Notes: a model not told the origin generated them from the letters alone. DNA of 63,888 bases, filler included, from Thraustochytrium aureum (GCA_012862495.1; 5 parts of 3 records of this genome joined end to end with filler, not necessarily neighbours in it); one strand, 5' to 3'. Shown: positions 22,183-34,144, counted from the whole stretch's first letter. Translations and numbers: made by a program.

Positions 22183-23927
22183 ATGAGCTGGTCGCAGGCA
22201 CTCGAGGACGGCGCGGAAGGCAAGCGCGCCGGGCAACGCGGCGCCCTGAGCTTTGGCGGCGACGAGGACGAGGAAGGCGTCTTCCCCTTGGATGCTTCGA
22301 ACGCGACACTTCTCGACCTGTGCGCCCCACGCGGCTGGTGCAATCCTGTGCCAGAGGACGGCTTCGTGTACGACCTCGTCGCGATTGGAGCCGGCGCCGG
22401 GGGCCTCGTGTCGAGCAAGCAGAGCGCGCGGCGTGGCTGGAGGTCTGCGCTTGTGGAGAAGCACCTCGCCGGCGGCGACTGCCTCAACGTCGGCTGTGTG
22501 CCCTCGAAGGCGCTCCTACGGTGCGCCAAGGCGCTGCGGGAGTCGCAAGCGCTGCGCGAGGCGGAGTGCAGGCCGGGCCCGAGGGAGGAGTGTCGCAAGT
22601 GGATTTTGGCGAGGTGATGGCACGCATGCGACGGCTCCGGGCCAGGATCGCGCCGGCAGACTCGTATGCTGGGGCGCAAAACGTCGGCGTTGACGTTTTC
22701 CAGGGCAGGGCTCGCTTTGCCGGACTCGACACGATTGAGGTCGATGGGCGCACACTGCGATTTCGCAAGGCTGTTATCGCCACTGGTGCGAGCGCGTACG
22801 TCCCGCCAATCCCCGGCCTTGCTGGCACACCGTTCCATTCAAACGCGAGCGTGTTCAACATGCAGCGCGTCCCAGCGCGGCTGTTGGTCATCGGTGTTGG
22901 CCCGATCGCGCTCGAGCTTGGCCAAGCGTTCCAGGCCTTTGGCAGCCAAGTGACTTGCCTGGCTCGCTCCAGCCGGGCCCTCACGCGGGAAGACGCCGAA
23001 GCAGCTTCTGTCGTCGTCGAGACGCTCCAGTCAGAGGGTGTCGTTTTTGAGTTCGGTCTGGATATCATGGACGTCGAATACAATGGCACCGAGTTTCGCG
23101 TGCTCGCTGTTCGGCGCGACACGGGCGCTCTCGCAGAGTTTGTCGGCGACGAGCTTCTCGTGGCAGCTGGACGCGCCCCCAATGTGCAGGGTATGGACCT
23201 GGAAAAGGCAGGCGTAGAGTATGACGCCGTGCGGGGCGTCCACGTGAACGATGCGATGGTGACGAGCAACCCGAACATTCTGGCGGTCGGGGACGTTTCC
23301 GCCGCAGAAAAGTTCACCCATGTCAGCGGCACCCAGGCGCAGATGGTTGTTGAAAACGCCTTGTTTGGCGGCGATCGGCGCGTGTCAGACATGGTCGTCC
23401 CACGCGTGGTCTACACGGAGCCCGAGCTCGCCTCCGTTGGGATTTCTGAGCAACAGGCGGCAGCGCTCGGGATGCAAGTTGATGTCTACACTGCCTCGCT
23501 CGAGCACAACGATCGGGCCATCGTGGACGGCGTGGCGAAGGGGCTCGCTCGCGTGGTTTGCAAGCGTGGTTCGGACGAGATAGTCGGGGGCACGATTGTA
23601 GGGCACAGCGCCGGTGAGCTGATCTCGGAGCTGACGGTGGCGATCCAGTTCGGGATCGGTCTGGGGCCGGCTGGGCTCGGCTCGGTCATCCACAGCTACC
23701 CGACCTTGGCAGAGTGCATTTCTAGCTGCGCTTTCATGTTCAAGATGGCCCACTGGGCCAAGCGAGGACCCGACGGACGCGTGGCGGCAACGCCTTTCGT
23801 TTCGGCTGCGCGGCGCCCCGGCGCCCCGGCGCAGCCGCTCGCAACCTGGCCGTTGCTCGCAGCCTTTGCAAGCGGCGTGCTTGTCACGTTGCTCGCGTCA
23901 TCGCGTGCCAGACCGAGCCCAGCCTGA
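22183..23927 (+). CDS. Pyridine nucleotide-disulfide oxidoreductase, 'mercuric reductase-like' class, with hydrophobic C-terminal tail; indel near 22560
   Basis: YDLVAIGAGAGG, GGDCLNVGCVPSK redox disulfide, IATGA, IGVGPIALE, AVGD, HSYPTLAE. No C-terminal Cys-Cys pair. Confidence 0.9.
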
Positions 23928-24105
23928 GCTGTTGCGAGGCAGTGTGCCGGAAGATTTGAGCGAGCCTGCCGCCGGGGTTCGAGCTCACGGTTGTCCGTCG
24001 GCCTGCCCTCGCAGGCGAGCGCAGGCCGGATGTACGTAGTCACGAACTTGACCAAGGGCATTGGAGCATGATTGTGCAAGGAAGATAAATCATTATCTAT
24101 ATATG

Positions 24106-25180
24106 TCAGGCCTCCGGGCCCACAACCAGTGAGTGCAAAGCAAAGAGCAAGAAGAGGATGCCCCCGGAAAGCTGCACGTGCTTCTCCGAGATGCTGGTCG
24201 CCAAGAGCCTCCCCCCGACCACCGCGAGTCCAGTGCAGAGGGCATGACCGATGATGCCGCCCACCGTGACACCAAAAGGGTTTTGCGCAGACGCCAGGGC
24301 GATGGTAGCGATTTGCGAGCGGTCGCCCCACTCGGCCAAAAAGGTCATCGTGAAAGCAGAAACGAGCACCTTGAGGTCCTTTTCAAGGGCGGAAGGCTGT
24401 TCCTTGGGGGACCGGCGGCCGCTTTCGAGGCCATCCGCGCCGTCCCGCTTGCCAAATGCCGACTTGATCTCCTCCTCGGCCTCCTCGAGCTCCTCGTTCG
24501 TCTCTGGCGGCGAAATGTAGAGCTCGCGCGCCTCCATCAGCATCTTGACGCCGAAAAAGGCAAACAGCAGCATGGCGCCATAGTGCGTGTACACGCGCGG
24601 GAGCAGAGCGGGGAGCGCCGAGCCGATGCCAGCGCTCAGAACAGTCATCACGGCCAAAGCGCCGATCGCGCCTCCGTAGACCGCGACGCGCGAATTCTTC
24701 ATGGCCATGAGCGCAGCCAAGAAAAACGTCTTGTCGCCCAGTTCCGTGACGATGATCATCATAATCGAGTTAAAGTTGGCCGACCAAAACCCGGTGAGGA
24801 GAGAGGTGGGAGCCAGTGCTGCAGGGGGCGCCAGAGGTTTTGCGGCAGCTGGCCCCCATCGCCGCGCGGGTCGACGAGCGGCTGCCGAGGCCTTTGCGCA
24901 GCATCGACCTTGGGCTCGGCGACCCCGGCAAGTTGGGGTTTTGCTGCGTTGTCGCCGAGCCAGTGGCCCTGCTCGTCGGTCGCGAGGTGCGCGCCGGCGC
25001 GCCGCCTCTTTTGGCGCGGGTCGAACCTGTCTTCCTTGATCAAGTACTGCGTGAACTCCTCCACGGAGACCGCTCCGTCTTCGTCGGCGTCGGCGATTTC
25101 AAACTCGGCCTCGATCGCGTCGCGCAGCGCGTCGCGCTTGGCATTCTCCACCACCACATCTATCCTATCCCTGATCCTAT
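24106..25180 (-). CDS. GDT1: GDT1/TMEM165 (UPF0016) Ca2+/Mn2+ antiporter with upstream EF-hand; 5' end in gap, indel between the domains
   Basis: Two UPF0016 signatures, ELGDKTFF and EWGDRSQ. Upstream frame contains DADEDGAVSVEEF. Confidence 0.9.
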
Positions 25181-25744
25181 NNNNNNNNNNNNNNNNNNNN
25201 NNNNNNNNNNNNNNNNNNNNNNNNNNNNNNNNNNNNNNNNNNNNNNNNNNNNNNNNNNNNNNNNNNNNNNNNNNNNNNNNNNNNNNNNNNNNNNNNNNNN
25301 NNNNNNNNNNNNNNNNNNNNNNNNNNNNNNNNNNNNNNNNNNNNNNNNNNNNNNNNNNNNNNNNNNNNNNNNNNNNNNNNNNNNNNNNNNNNNNNNNNNN
25401 NNNNNNNNNNNNNNNNNNNNNNNNNNNNNNNNNNNNNNNNNNNNNNNNNNNNNNNNNNNNNNNNNNNNNNNNNNNNNNNNNNNNNNNNNNNNNNNNNNNN
25501 NNNNNNNNNNNNNNNNNNNNNNNNNNNNNNNNNNNNNNNNNNNNNNNNNNNNNNNNNNNNNNNNNNNNNNNNNNNNNNNNNNNNNNNNNNNNNNNNNNNN
25601 NNNNNNNNNNNNNNNNNNNNNNNNNNNNNNNNNNNNNNNNNNNNNNNNNNNNNNNNNNNNNNNNNNNNNNNNNNNNNNNNNNNNNNNNNNNNNNAGGAGC
25701 CAGGAGGAGGCGGCGGCGGCACCGGTGCTGGTGCTCGCCTGTGT

Positions 25745-25777
25745 GCTTGCTTGCTTGCTTGCTCGCTCGCTTGCTTG
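25745..25777. repeat. (GCTT/GCTC)n microsatellite between divergent GDT1 and KH genes
   Basis: tgcttgcttgcttgcttgctcgctcgcttgctt. Confidence 0.75.
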
Positions 25778-25935
25778 TTTTGGCTGGGCAGCGTGGCGTT
25801 GGGTGGTCGGCGGGTTGGCTTGCGGCTCGGGGCGGTCAGGCCGGCGCTGGCGTTGATGGTCGGTTAACTGCGCGAGGGTGACACGGAACTGAACGGAACG
25901 GAACACTTGGAACTGCGCGGGGGCGAGGGGCGGGG

Positions 25936-27759
25936 ATGATGAGAGAGGGAGGCGGCGGCGGTGGACCCGCTGGGGCGCCGCCTGTACAGTCGGTGTGGTC
26001 GAACGACCATAAAGCGTGGCCGAGCCTGAACGAGATGGGAAAGGCGCTCGGAAGTACTGGGCCCAAGGTGAACGCGGATTCCAAGCCAGCGCAAGCGGCG
26101 CGATCGGCCGGTGGCGTCGACCCGGTCTCCTTGGCACCAGCGGCCGAGGCCGCAGTGGCTCCGCCCGCACCACTCGCGCACCACGATCGACACCAGACGC
26201 AAGCAGGTGGATCAGCCTCCACCGCGCCAGAGGCGCAATCAGGGCAGCAGCAACAGCAACAAGTGCAGCAGCCGGGCAAGGCGTCCGGTGTGATGGCAGC
26301 GCCTCTGGCAGAGTTTGAAGACGAGCCGCGTGCAACTCTTCCTGGCAGCGCCAGCAATCGCGTCTCCCTCAGCGAAAGCGACATCGAGCGAAACGACTAC
26401 ACTGCCCTCGTAGAGTTCACGTTGCAGGCCAAGGGCGGAGACGCGGGCCAAGCGCAAGAATTTTTGCAAAGCGCACTCCACCTGCTCCGGTCGCGCATGC
26501 TGAACGACGGCACTTATACGTCGGACGGCAAACCAGGCTCGATGCCCGGCGAGGCGGCCTCGGGCGCGGACGGCTCGCACAAGGGCTCCGACCCGTTCAA
26601 TGACTATGTCGGGGACTACAGCGATCTCAAGCCGTACACGCTCGTGATTCTTGTGAACGGGTCCCTGGGCGTGATTGGGCATCTCATCGGCAAAGGCGGG
26701 TCGGCGATATCGAAGATGGAAAAGGAAGCCAACGTCCGCATCCGCGTGGAAGACACAAAGTCCTCCCCAGTTGGCCTCGTGGAGCGCCGCGTCCACATCA
26801 CCGGGGCGCTGTCCAACTGCACGTACGCTCAGCAGCTCATCACCGAACGCGTGCACGCCAAGCTCAAGCAGGACGGCATTCTCCAAGAGCTGATCAAGAT
26901 CTTCATTCCGCAAGAGTACATCTCGCACGTGATCGGCAAGGGCGGCAGCAACATCAAGCGCATAGAAAAGGAGTCGAATACCCGCATCCACATTTGGCAC
27001 GAGGGCACTGCAGTCACCGACTATGCGGTCGGCAAAGTCATGGTGATCCAAGGCCCTCGATACAACCGCTCCAAGGCCCAGTACCTGATCGCTCGGCAGA
27101 TCTCCAGCCTGCCTTCCCCGACGCGCAGCGAGGAAAAGACCGGCAAGGAGGAGCAGTGGCAGGGTGTCGCGCCAGGGGCGCCCTCTGGCCAGCCCTGGCA
27201 CACCGACCACGGCCTCGGGGGCGTCAACGGGTCGCACGGACACAGCTCTGTGTCCGGTGGCTCGCCTCGCATCGGCGCTCTGGGAATGGACAACGGCGGC
27301 GACTACATGTCGATGGGCGTCGGCATTGGTCTAGGGTACCCGAGTGATGGGGCGGCCAATGCGTTTGCCGCCCACTCAGGCTCGGGGATGGCCTCCGGAC
27401 TCTCCTCTGCTGGCGCCGGGCTCGATATCGGCGGCGCAGGGGGGATGGATGGCGGCGGCTCGCTCTCTGGCTTTGATGTGACCCAGCAGGCGCAGTACCA
27501 GCGCCAGCAGCAACAACAGCACCACCACCACCAACAGCAGCAGCAACAGCAGCACCACCAACAGCAGCAAATGCACATGAGTGCAATGGGCATGGGTCAA
27601 GGCGGCCAGGGCCAGCACCACTTTGGCGGCTTTGAGCAGCAGCACCAGCACATGCACGCTGGCCAGCACCTGCACCAACAGTCGATGCACCAGCAGCCGG
27701 ACCCGCTGATGCTCGGCCAATACTTGCAACCGACTTTGAACGACGACCAGGCGCACTGA
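25936..27759 (+). CDS. KH-domain RNA-binding protein (2 KH domains) with Gly-rich and polyQ/His C-terminus
   Basis: GHLIGKGGSAISKME and SHVIGKGGSNIKRIE GxxG loops; intact 607-aa ORF. Confidence 0.9.
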   Translation: MMREGGGGGGPAGAPPVQSVWSNDHKAWPSLNEMGKALGSTGPKVNADSKPAQAARSAGGVDPVSLAPAAEAAVAPPAPLAHHDRHQTQAGGSASTAPEAQSGQQQQQQVQQPGKASGVMAAPLAEFEDEPRATLPGSASNRVSLSESDIERNDYTALVEFTLQAKGGDAGQAQEFLQSALHLLRSRMLNDGTYTSDGKPGSMPGEAASGADGSHKGSDPFNDYVGDYSDLKPYTLVILVNGSLGVIGHLIGKGGSAISKMEKEANVRIRVEDTKSSPVGLVERRVHITGALSNCTYAQQLITERVHAKLKQDGILQELIKIFIPQEYISHVIGKGGSNIKRIEKESNTRIHIWHEGTAVTDYAVGKVMVIQGPRYNRSKAQYLIARQISSLPSPTRSEEKTGKEEQWQGVAPGAPSGQPWHTDHGLGGVNGSHGHSSVSGGSPRIGALGMDNGGDYMSMGVGIGLGYPSDGAANAFAAHSGSGMASGLSSAGAGLDIGGAGGMDGGGSLSGFDVTQQAQYQRQQQQQHHHHQQQQQQQHHQQQQMHMSAMGMGQGGQGQHHFGGFEQQHQHMHAGQHLHQQSMHQQPDPLMLGQYLQPTLNDDQAH

Positions 27760-28094
27760 CTTGTCCCTGAACCCCCTGACATGACAACTGCTTGAGCCTG
27801 ACACAATTACCAAGGACCCAAGGTTTATCACGACGGACGGACGACCTGCCGATCGACCGGCCGACGATTGTGCGTGACATTTATTTTCCCTCTGCGCGTT
27901 GCGTTGAGGTTGCTTTTTCCGCGCACTTTCGCTGGCACTTTCGCTCGCTCGCTCACAAACTCGACCACCTTTCTTTTCATCTCGTCCGTTCCTTTTCTTT
28001 GCTCTCGAGCTCGCGCAGAGAGCGAAGGCGTTGCGCCCGTCCGTCCGTCCTGCAGCTCGATCCCCACCTGACGTGCCTGCCTCGGCGCTGCAGC

Positions 28095-28919
28095 TCAACT
28101 GCCAACTGACGCAACAGCCTCCTCGCTGCCTTCTGCCGCTGCAGCTTGACGCTCATTCTCCTCGTCCGCGTAGGCGATGATCTCGTCTGCCGTGAGCTGG
28201 GCCGGGTTGGCTCCGCCGAGCTCTGTTGGCAGGTGCTCGGCCGGAACGTGCGTCAGGAAGACAGAGGCGTCTTTGGCGAGCACTATCTTTTCACGCGTGT
28301 TGGGGTCGAAAAAGTATTGCACGACGGCCCAGAGGCCTCTGAAGATCATGTTGATTGGGGCGACGACGGCTCGGTTGAGCCTCTCAGGATAGTTGTTCTG
28401 AAAGAGCCCGCCGGCCATCTTGACCCAGTCCAGGTCGGAATTCGACCGCTCTGCGTCCAAGCGCGAGAAAACCACGGTGATCTTTTCGAGGGGTCTGAGG
28501 TGGCTCTCCATGAATTCGGCGAGGTACATGAGCGCCTGCTCGGCGATTTGAAGCGAGTCGTAAGTGTGCTTGCCCATCAGCTTGAGGCGGGCGATCACGA
28601 CGCGCGACCCGTTAAAGTCCTCGCCGAAGAAGCAAAACTTGCGCTTCTCCAGCTCGCTTCGCACTTGCTCGGTCAGCCTGAGCGGCAGGTTGACCTTGCG
28701 CCAGGCGAGGTGGTTCTCGAGCATCTCTGCGGCCTTGCCAATGTCCCCATCGCGCGCGCGTAGAAACCGCACAACCTGATCAGGCCTCGCACCGGGCACT
28801 TTTTCCCGCAGCGCCTTACACTTGGCCAGCTCCTCGCCGCTCGTTAGCGACTCGAGTGGCACGCTCGTGTCGTGCGAGCTGCCTGCTCTCACGATCGCGT
28901 TCGCAGTTGAGACGGCCAT
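28095..28919 (-). CDS. CRAL-TRIO/Sec14-family lipid-binding protein
   Basis: VVRFLRARDGDIGKAAEMLENHLAWR, FQNNYPERL, FFDPNTREKI, LPTELGG. Confidence 0.92.
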   Translation of the reverse strand: MAVSTANAIVRAGSSHDTSVPLESLTSGEELAKCKALREKVPGARPDQVVRFLRARDGDIGKAAEMLENHLAWRKVNLPLRLTEQVRSELEKRKFCFFGEDFNGSRVVIARLKLMGKHTYDSLQIAEQALMYLAEFMESHLRPLEKITVVFSRLDAERSNSDLDWVKMAGGLFQNNYPERLNRAVVAPINMIFRGLWAVVQYFFDPNTREKIVLAKDASVFLTHVPAEHLPTELGGANPAQLTADEIIAYADEENERQAAAAEGSEEAVASVGS

Positions 28920-31562
28920 TCCCGCCGCCAGGCAAACGGGACAGAGTCGCCGTAACGAGATACCTCCAGAGCTAGCACGGATACGGAAAGGTACTTTACA
29001 GTGCCCAGGCGCCTCGGCCTGAACTGGCTTCACGGCCGGCAGCACCGTGCGCTTCACGTGCCACTCGACGACAACCTGCTCTGCTGGGCACAGTTGATGG
29101 GCTGCCGGTCATTCAATTGAAAAACGCCGCTGTAGGGGTACCGCTGAAAAACAACCGGAGTGCAGTAGGCCTACCGGTCCAAGAAGCCGTTGAGCAACTG
29201 CGATAGGCCTGCACAGATGCCAGGAGACTCGCAGACCCGCATGGCGAGGCCAGGCCAGGAGATGTTGTCTTCTCTTGAGCTACTAGAGAGTAGAGGGGTT
29301 CCATCAAAGGGGCTCGGAAGCCTCCGAGCATTGCAAAGCATTGTATAAAACTGTCCAACAAACATTGGCCTGCAAAGCTTTTCTGTCCTTCGACACCGTG
29401 GCCTGGGTTCCCGAGCATCCTCTGGTTTCTTCGTCTGTTTCGTCGAGTGGCCGTTCGATGCTTCGTGAGCGTCTACAAGCATGTCGCGGACGTTCCGTGT
29501 GAATCAATGAATCGGAAGGCCACCATGCGTCAAGTTCTGAGACTTTTGGGTGCGAGTCCGGATCCGTTAGGCCGCACAGTGGCCTGCCTCCCCAGCACGC
29601 GGCTCGCAGGGATGCCGCGCTTCAAGCTACAGAGGCAGCGCAGTCGTTGGCAATTGCCCGTAGTGTTTTCTCACCCTTGCAATCGCCGCCGTTGCTCTGG
29701 CGATTCTTCGTTCTGGAATTCAAGGCCACGATCAGTAGGAGGATAAAGATTCCGTTTGGGGCGTGAACAGGAAGCCTTGCGATAGCGCGGCAGAATTTCG
29801 TCATCAGTTCAGCTTCCAGTCAAACGGCGAGCTACGCGTTTTTGCTGCTCGGACGGACGGGGCTCCCTCCTCCATTCGTCGTTGCCGCTTCAAAACTTCG
29901 AATGCAAGATGCGCCCCGAGCCAGTCCTGGACCTCGTCGAGCACCATTTTGCACTACGCATCGGTCGTTCTTTGTCGGGTGGCATGTCTAATGAGGAGCA
30001 GTTGCAATTCGCGCCCGAAGTAGCGCGTCACATCGAGTTCGCTTCCTTGCCCACCCCGTTCGAGAGCGCGCGCTTCATTTTTCTTTGGTGGCGACGCGAA
30101 TGCGAAGCGTTGGCATGTGAGATGCGTTCGCGTCCATGGAGATCGACGTATAGTTCCGTTGGCAGTACCGTTGGGGATGGAGAGACGTTACTATTTCTTG
30201 CACTATCCAAAGTTTCCGCATCGCCGACGCCGCCGAGCAGGCCACTAGTATGATCAAGTCGAAGCGTTTGCTCATGCCCCTCGCCTCCCCGGCGATGGTT
30301 TTTATGGGTCCTGTGTGCCGCTGTGTTTGGAGCGCCACGTTTCGGGTGGCGCCTGAATCACATGGCCTTGCATGGCTTCCTCCTTCTGCCACAGCTGGCT
30401 TGATCAAGAGTAGAAGAGGCAGAAAAGAGGGCGGCTGAACAGTCACTCCACTCTTTCCCCGGGCCGCTGGGCGCGAGCGAAGCAGAGGAAGCGCGAATCA
30501 GCGTCGCAAATTGGCCGCCAACCTTGAGGGTTGTCCGGTGCAGGTCAACGGATAGTGAAAACCGTCGCAGTCCCTCGAATTCGTGGAACGCTGCGACAAA
30601 CGCGAGCCAGCCAACACCTTGGTGGCGAGCTTAGGCGAGCACTTTCGATGCTCTCTTTCTTTCGGGCCCGTGCTGGGATGGTACTCCTGACTGCTGCGCG
30701 CAAGTGGCCTGCAAGAATTCAGAAGAAACTGTCGAAACGGTGCCGTGCGAGCCGCCTCCACAACTCAGGGCCGCAACGGGCTCTAGCCAGTTCATGAGGT
30801 GCTCTCTGGCTTAGTTTTTTCCTGGTCGCAGTGGCAGAGTAGGTGAGTGCAAGGCCCCTTTGGCATGGAGAGGCCGCTTTCGTGCTCTCGAGGGGCGTGA
30901 AGGAAATGGACCGCTTGCAACCTTACGACTTGAAGGGCAGGCGAAAAGTAAGGCTGTGCGAGGAATCAGCGCATTCTGTTGCTGCAAGGCTCAAAGCAGC
31001 CGTGGTACCGTTGTACGTGTAGCTCACGAAATCCTTTCTCCGTCATTGCAGGCAGGCTGGTAAACGGAGAATCGGCTTGCACGTCATGTGTTTTTTTTGG
31101 ACACAAAGAAATGAGAAGCGGTCTGGCGCGCCACCAGGCATCCAGCGTCCCGAGCGATTTGCTTTACCGTTGGTTTGTTTTGGCCTCCGCTCTCCTTTTG
31201 TTAGGAAGCGCCAGCTGGGGAAGCCGCGACTGTGCCTCTCTGGTCTGACATTCCGGAACGGCTATAGGGAAAGAAATCTTCAACGCTAGTCCAAAGCGCC
31301 ACATTTCAGGGTGAAGACTGTGTCCTGATTGAATCGACGACAAGGTTTACGCTGGGCAGCAAAGCGATACAGTTTGGTCGCTCAGCAGACTCCAAACCAG
31401 GAACGGACGTCGCACAGAGTTGACGTACCCGAGCAGATCACCCTTTTGGTCCAGCGCGCGCAACTGATTTTGGTGCTTGGTCGACCTGAGCAACGCTTGG
31501 AAAGGAAAAGAGCCATGCGCACTCATGGCGCACTCGCCCTCATGGCTCTGTTCTATCCTGCT

Positions 31563-31662
31563 NNNNNNNNNNNNNNNNNNNNNNNNNNNNNNNNNNNNNN
31601 NNNNNNTTAATTAATTAANNNNNNNNNNNNNNNNNNNNNNNNNNNNNNNNNNNNNNNNNNNN
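31563..31662. other. Artificial scaffold-joining linker
   Basis: N44-TTAATTAATTAA-N44. Confidence 0.97.
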
Positions 31663-34144
31663 TATTCGCGAGCGGGGCGGGAACCGAGGTGCATGTTTCG
31701 ATTTTGGCAATTATGAGCGACGCCCGCCTCATCACAGAAGAGCAGTGTGACAAGTCGCAAACGTTCAATGGAGAAACTGAGCCGCAGGGTCGCTGCTTTT
31801 TCACGGACGACGCGTACCATGCGTTGCTCGCACCTGGTTTGATTGCTGTGGATGACTTTAACGCGCGCAACCCACGATTCGCGGCAGCTTTCGGCGAGCT
31901 TGCTTCTTGCGACAAAACTATCACGGTCAGCATGTTTGACTCTGGTCAAAGCCCTGCGTTGTCAATCCGCAACTTGCTAACCATGCTTCAAAGCCAATCA
32001 CGGTACCCAGACGCGATCATTGGACCGGCGGCGTCGGGTGCGTCGATCTCGACCTCGCTCATCTCGGGCGTGTACGACATTCCCCAAATCAGCTACTGGT
32101 CCACAAGCGCCCAGCTCGACAACGTACAAGAGTACCCGCGGTTCATGCGCACGATTGCGACCGACGACGCCGTGGCGTACAGCATCTGCCAGTTCTGGAA
32201 GGGGCAGGGCTGGAGGTACGCCGCGATGATCTATGTGAACGACAACTATGGCGAGTCGTACAAGGAGTCCATCGTCAAGTACTGTGCCGTGGAGGGGATT
32301 TTTGTGGTAACATTTCCGTACGTCGAAAACGATGCAGAGGGGCCCATTATGGCTCAAGTGGAGGCGATGGCGAGCACTCGAGTGAACGTTTTCCTTCTTG
32401 TTGGCGCGGGAGGCGTACAAACGATCCTCACACATGGCTTCAAGCTCGGAATCGTCGGCAAAGGGCGGTCGTGGACCTTCTCGGACGCCGTCTCGACAAA
32501 CGAGCTGTCACTTCTTGACGAAGAAGTGCGCAATGCCGTAAGCGGGTCACTTCGAGTGGTTGCAGCTGGTGGCACGGCGGAAAACGCAAACTGGAAGGCG
32601 TTCTCCGACGCCTGGAGCTCCCTCGACGTGGGCGATTTGAACAAGTACTTGCCGCCCTACTGGCAAGCGAGCAGCGATATCTTCAGCGTCCTCACAGCGG
32701 ACGACTCGCTCGCCAAAGATGTGGGCTCGTTTATGTTCGATGCTGTGGCAGCCGTTGGAATTGCGGCCTGCAGGGCGGCGCCCAAGGGGCCCCTGCCTAA
32801 GGGCTTTGGTACGCAGTTTTGGAACAACAAGAGCACATCGCAATTCGAAGGATTGAGCGGCACGGTGCGCTTTGACGAGGTGGGCAACCGCGCTATCGAC
32901 ACAGTCAACTATCGCATGTCCAACGTCTTTGTACGAAATGCTGCGACGACCATGCCTGAAATTGCAGCGTTCAACAACTCTGCCAAGGCGTGGGACTTCA
33001 TGACCAAGCCCCTCTTTAACGGCGAGTCGGCGGATCCTGTTGTCGACGTCGACGTCCCTGAGCACGACATGAGACTTCCGTCAATCAAGGGGGTCTGCTA
33101 CTTGCTCTTTGGGATCAACTTTAGCGTCAGCGCCGGGTTTTTCATCTGGACCTGGGCCAACAGAACCGAGGCCGTCGTGCGCGCGAGCCAGACCAAGTTC
33201 CTCAGCCTCGTTGCGGTCGGCGCCATCATTTCCAGCTCGGCCATTGTCTTTGTGACCTTGGACGACGCTGGCGCCGATGCGTCGCTGTACAACTACACGG
33301 CCGACATCGCCTTGAATGGCGACTACGTCCCGGCCAACATGGGGTGCACGCTGTCGGTGTGGCTCTTTTCCATGGGCTTTGTGCTGAGCTACAGCAGCCT
33401 GGCTGCCAAGATCTTTCGCGTCAAGAAAATCTTCCACAACAAGTCGCTGCGCAAGGTCGCGATCTCGAACGGGCAGCTTTTCACTATCATCGGCGCTTGT
33501 GGAGCTGTAGACATCTCGATCTTGGCGGCGTGGCAAGCAACCGCGCCCCTTCACTTCCGCCGTGTGATCGTGAGCCGCGACGCGTTTGGCCAGCCGCTGC
33601 TGAGCTCTGGGGCGTGCTACTCGGAGCAGTCGACGCTCTTCCTCGCACTCCTCGGCGCCTTCCACTTTTTCGCTGCTCTTCATTGGCAACTACTACGCCT
33701 TCGTGACTCGCAACGTGAGCACGGCGTTNNNNNNNNNNNNNNNNNNNNNNNNNNNNNNNNNNNNNNNNNNNNNNNNNNNNNNNNNNNNNNNNNNNNNNNN
33801 NNNNNNNNNNNNNNNNNNNNNNNNNNNNNNNNNNNNNNNNNNNNNNNNNNNNNNNNNNNNNNNNNNNNNNNNNNNNNNNNNNNNNNNNNNNNNNNNNNNN
33901 NNNNNNNNNNNNNNNNNNNNNNNNNNNNNNNNNNNNNNNNNNNNNNNNNNNNNNNNNNNNNNNNNNNNNNNNNNNNATATTGGTCTTTTTCCCCAAGGTG
34001 CAGGCAGTTATCTTCGAAAAGAGCGCAGGCCTCAGTGGCAGCAGTATGGGGGTCCGCAGCGGCGGTGCGACAGCCTCGGTTATGCCGACTGAGTTGAAAT
34101 ACCAACCTCGAGCTCTGAGCACCGACTCCGCGTTGGTGGAGTAA
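31663..34144 (+). CDS. Class C (GABA-B/metabotropic-like) GPCR: Venus-flytrap domain + 7TM; indel near 33668, gap 33729-33976
   Basis: IIGPAASGASIS...YDIPQISYWSTSAQLDNVQEYPRFMRT; FEGLSGTVRFD; VVRASQTKFL; AKIFRVKKIF. After the gap, TM7 ILVFFPK runs to TAA at 34142-34144. Confidence 0.9.

Noticed and set aside
22183..23927. Bona fide merA / mer operon
   Set aside because: No C-terminal Cys-Cys, no NmerA domain and no mer accessory genes.
19655..23927. Bacterial contamination or a recent HGT island (oxygenase + reductase)
   Set aside because: The oxygenase has a spliceosomal intron, composition matches the neighbours, and flanking genes on the same scaffold are eukaryotic. Ancient transfer is not excluded.
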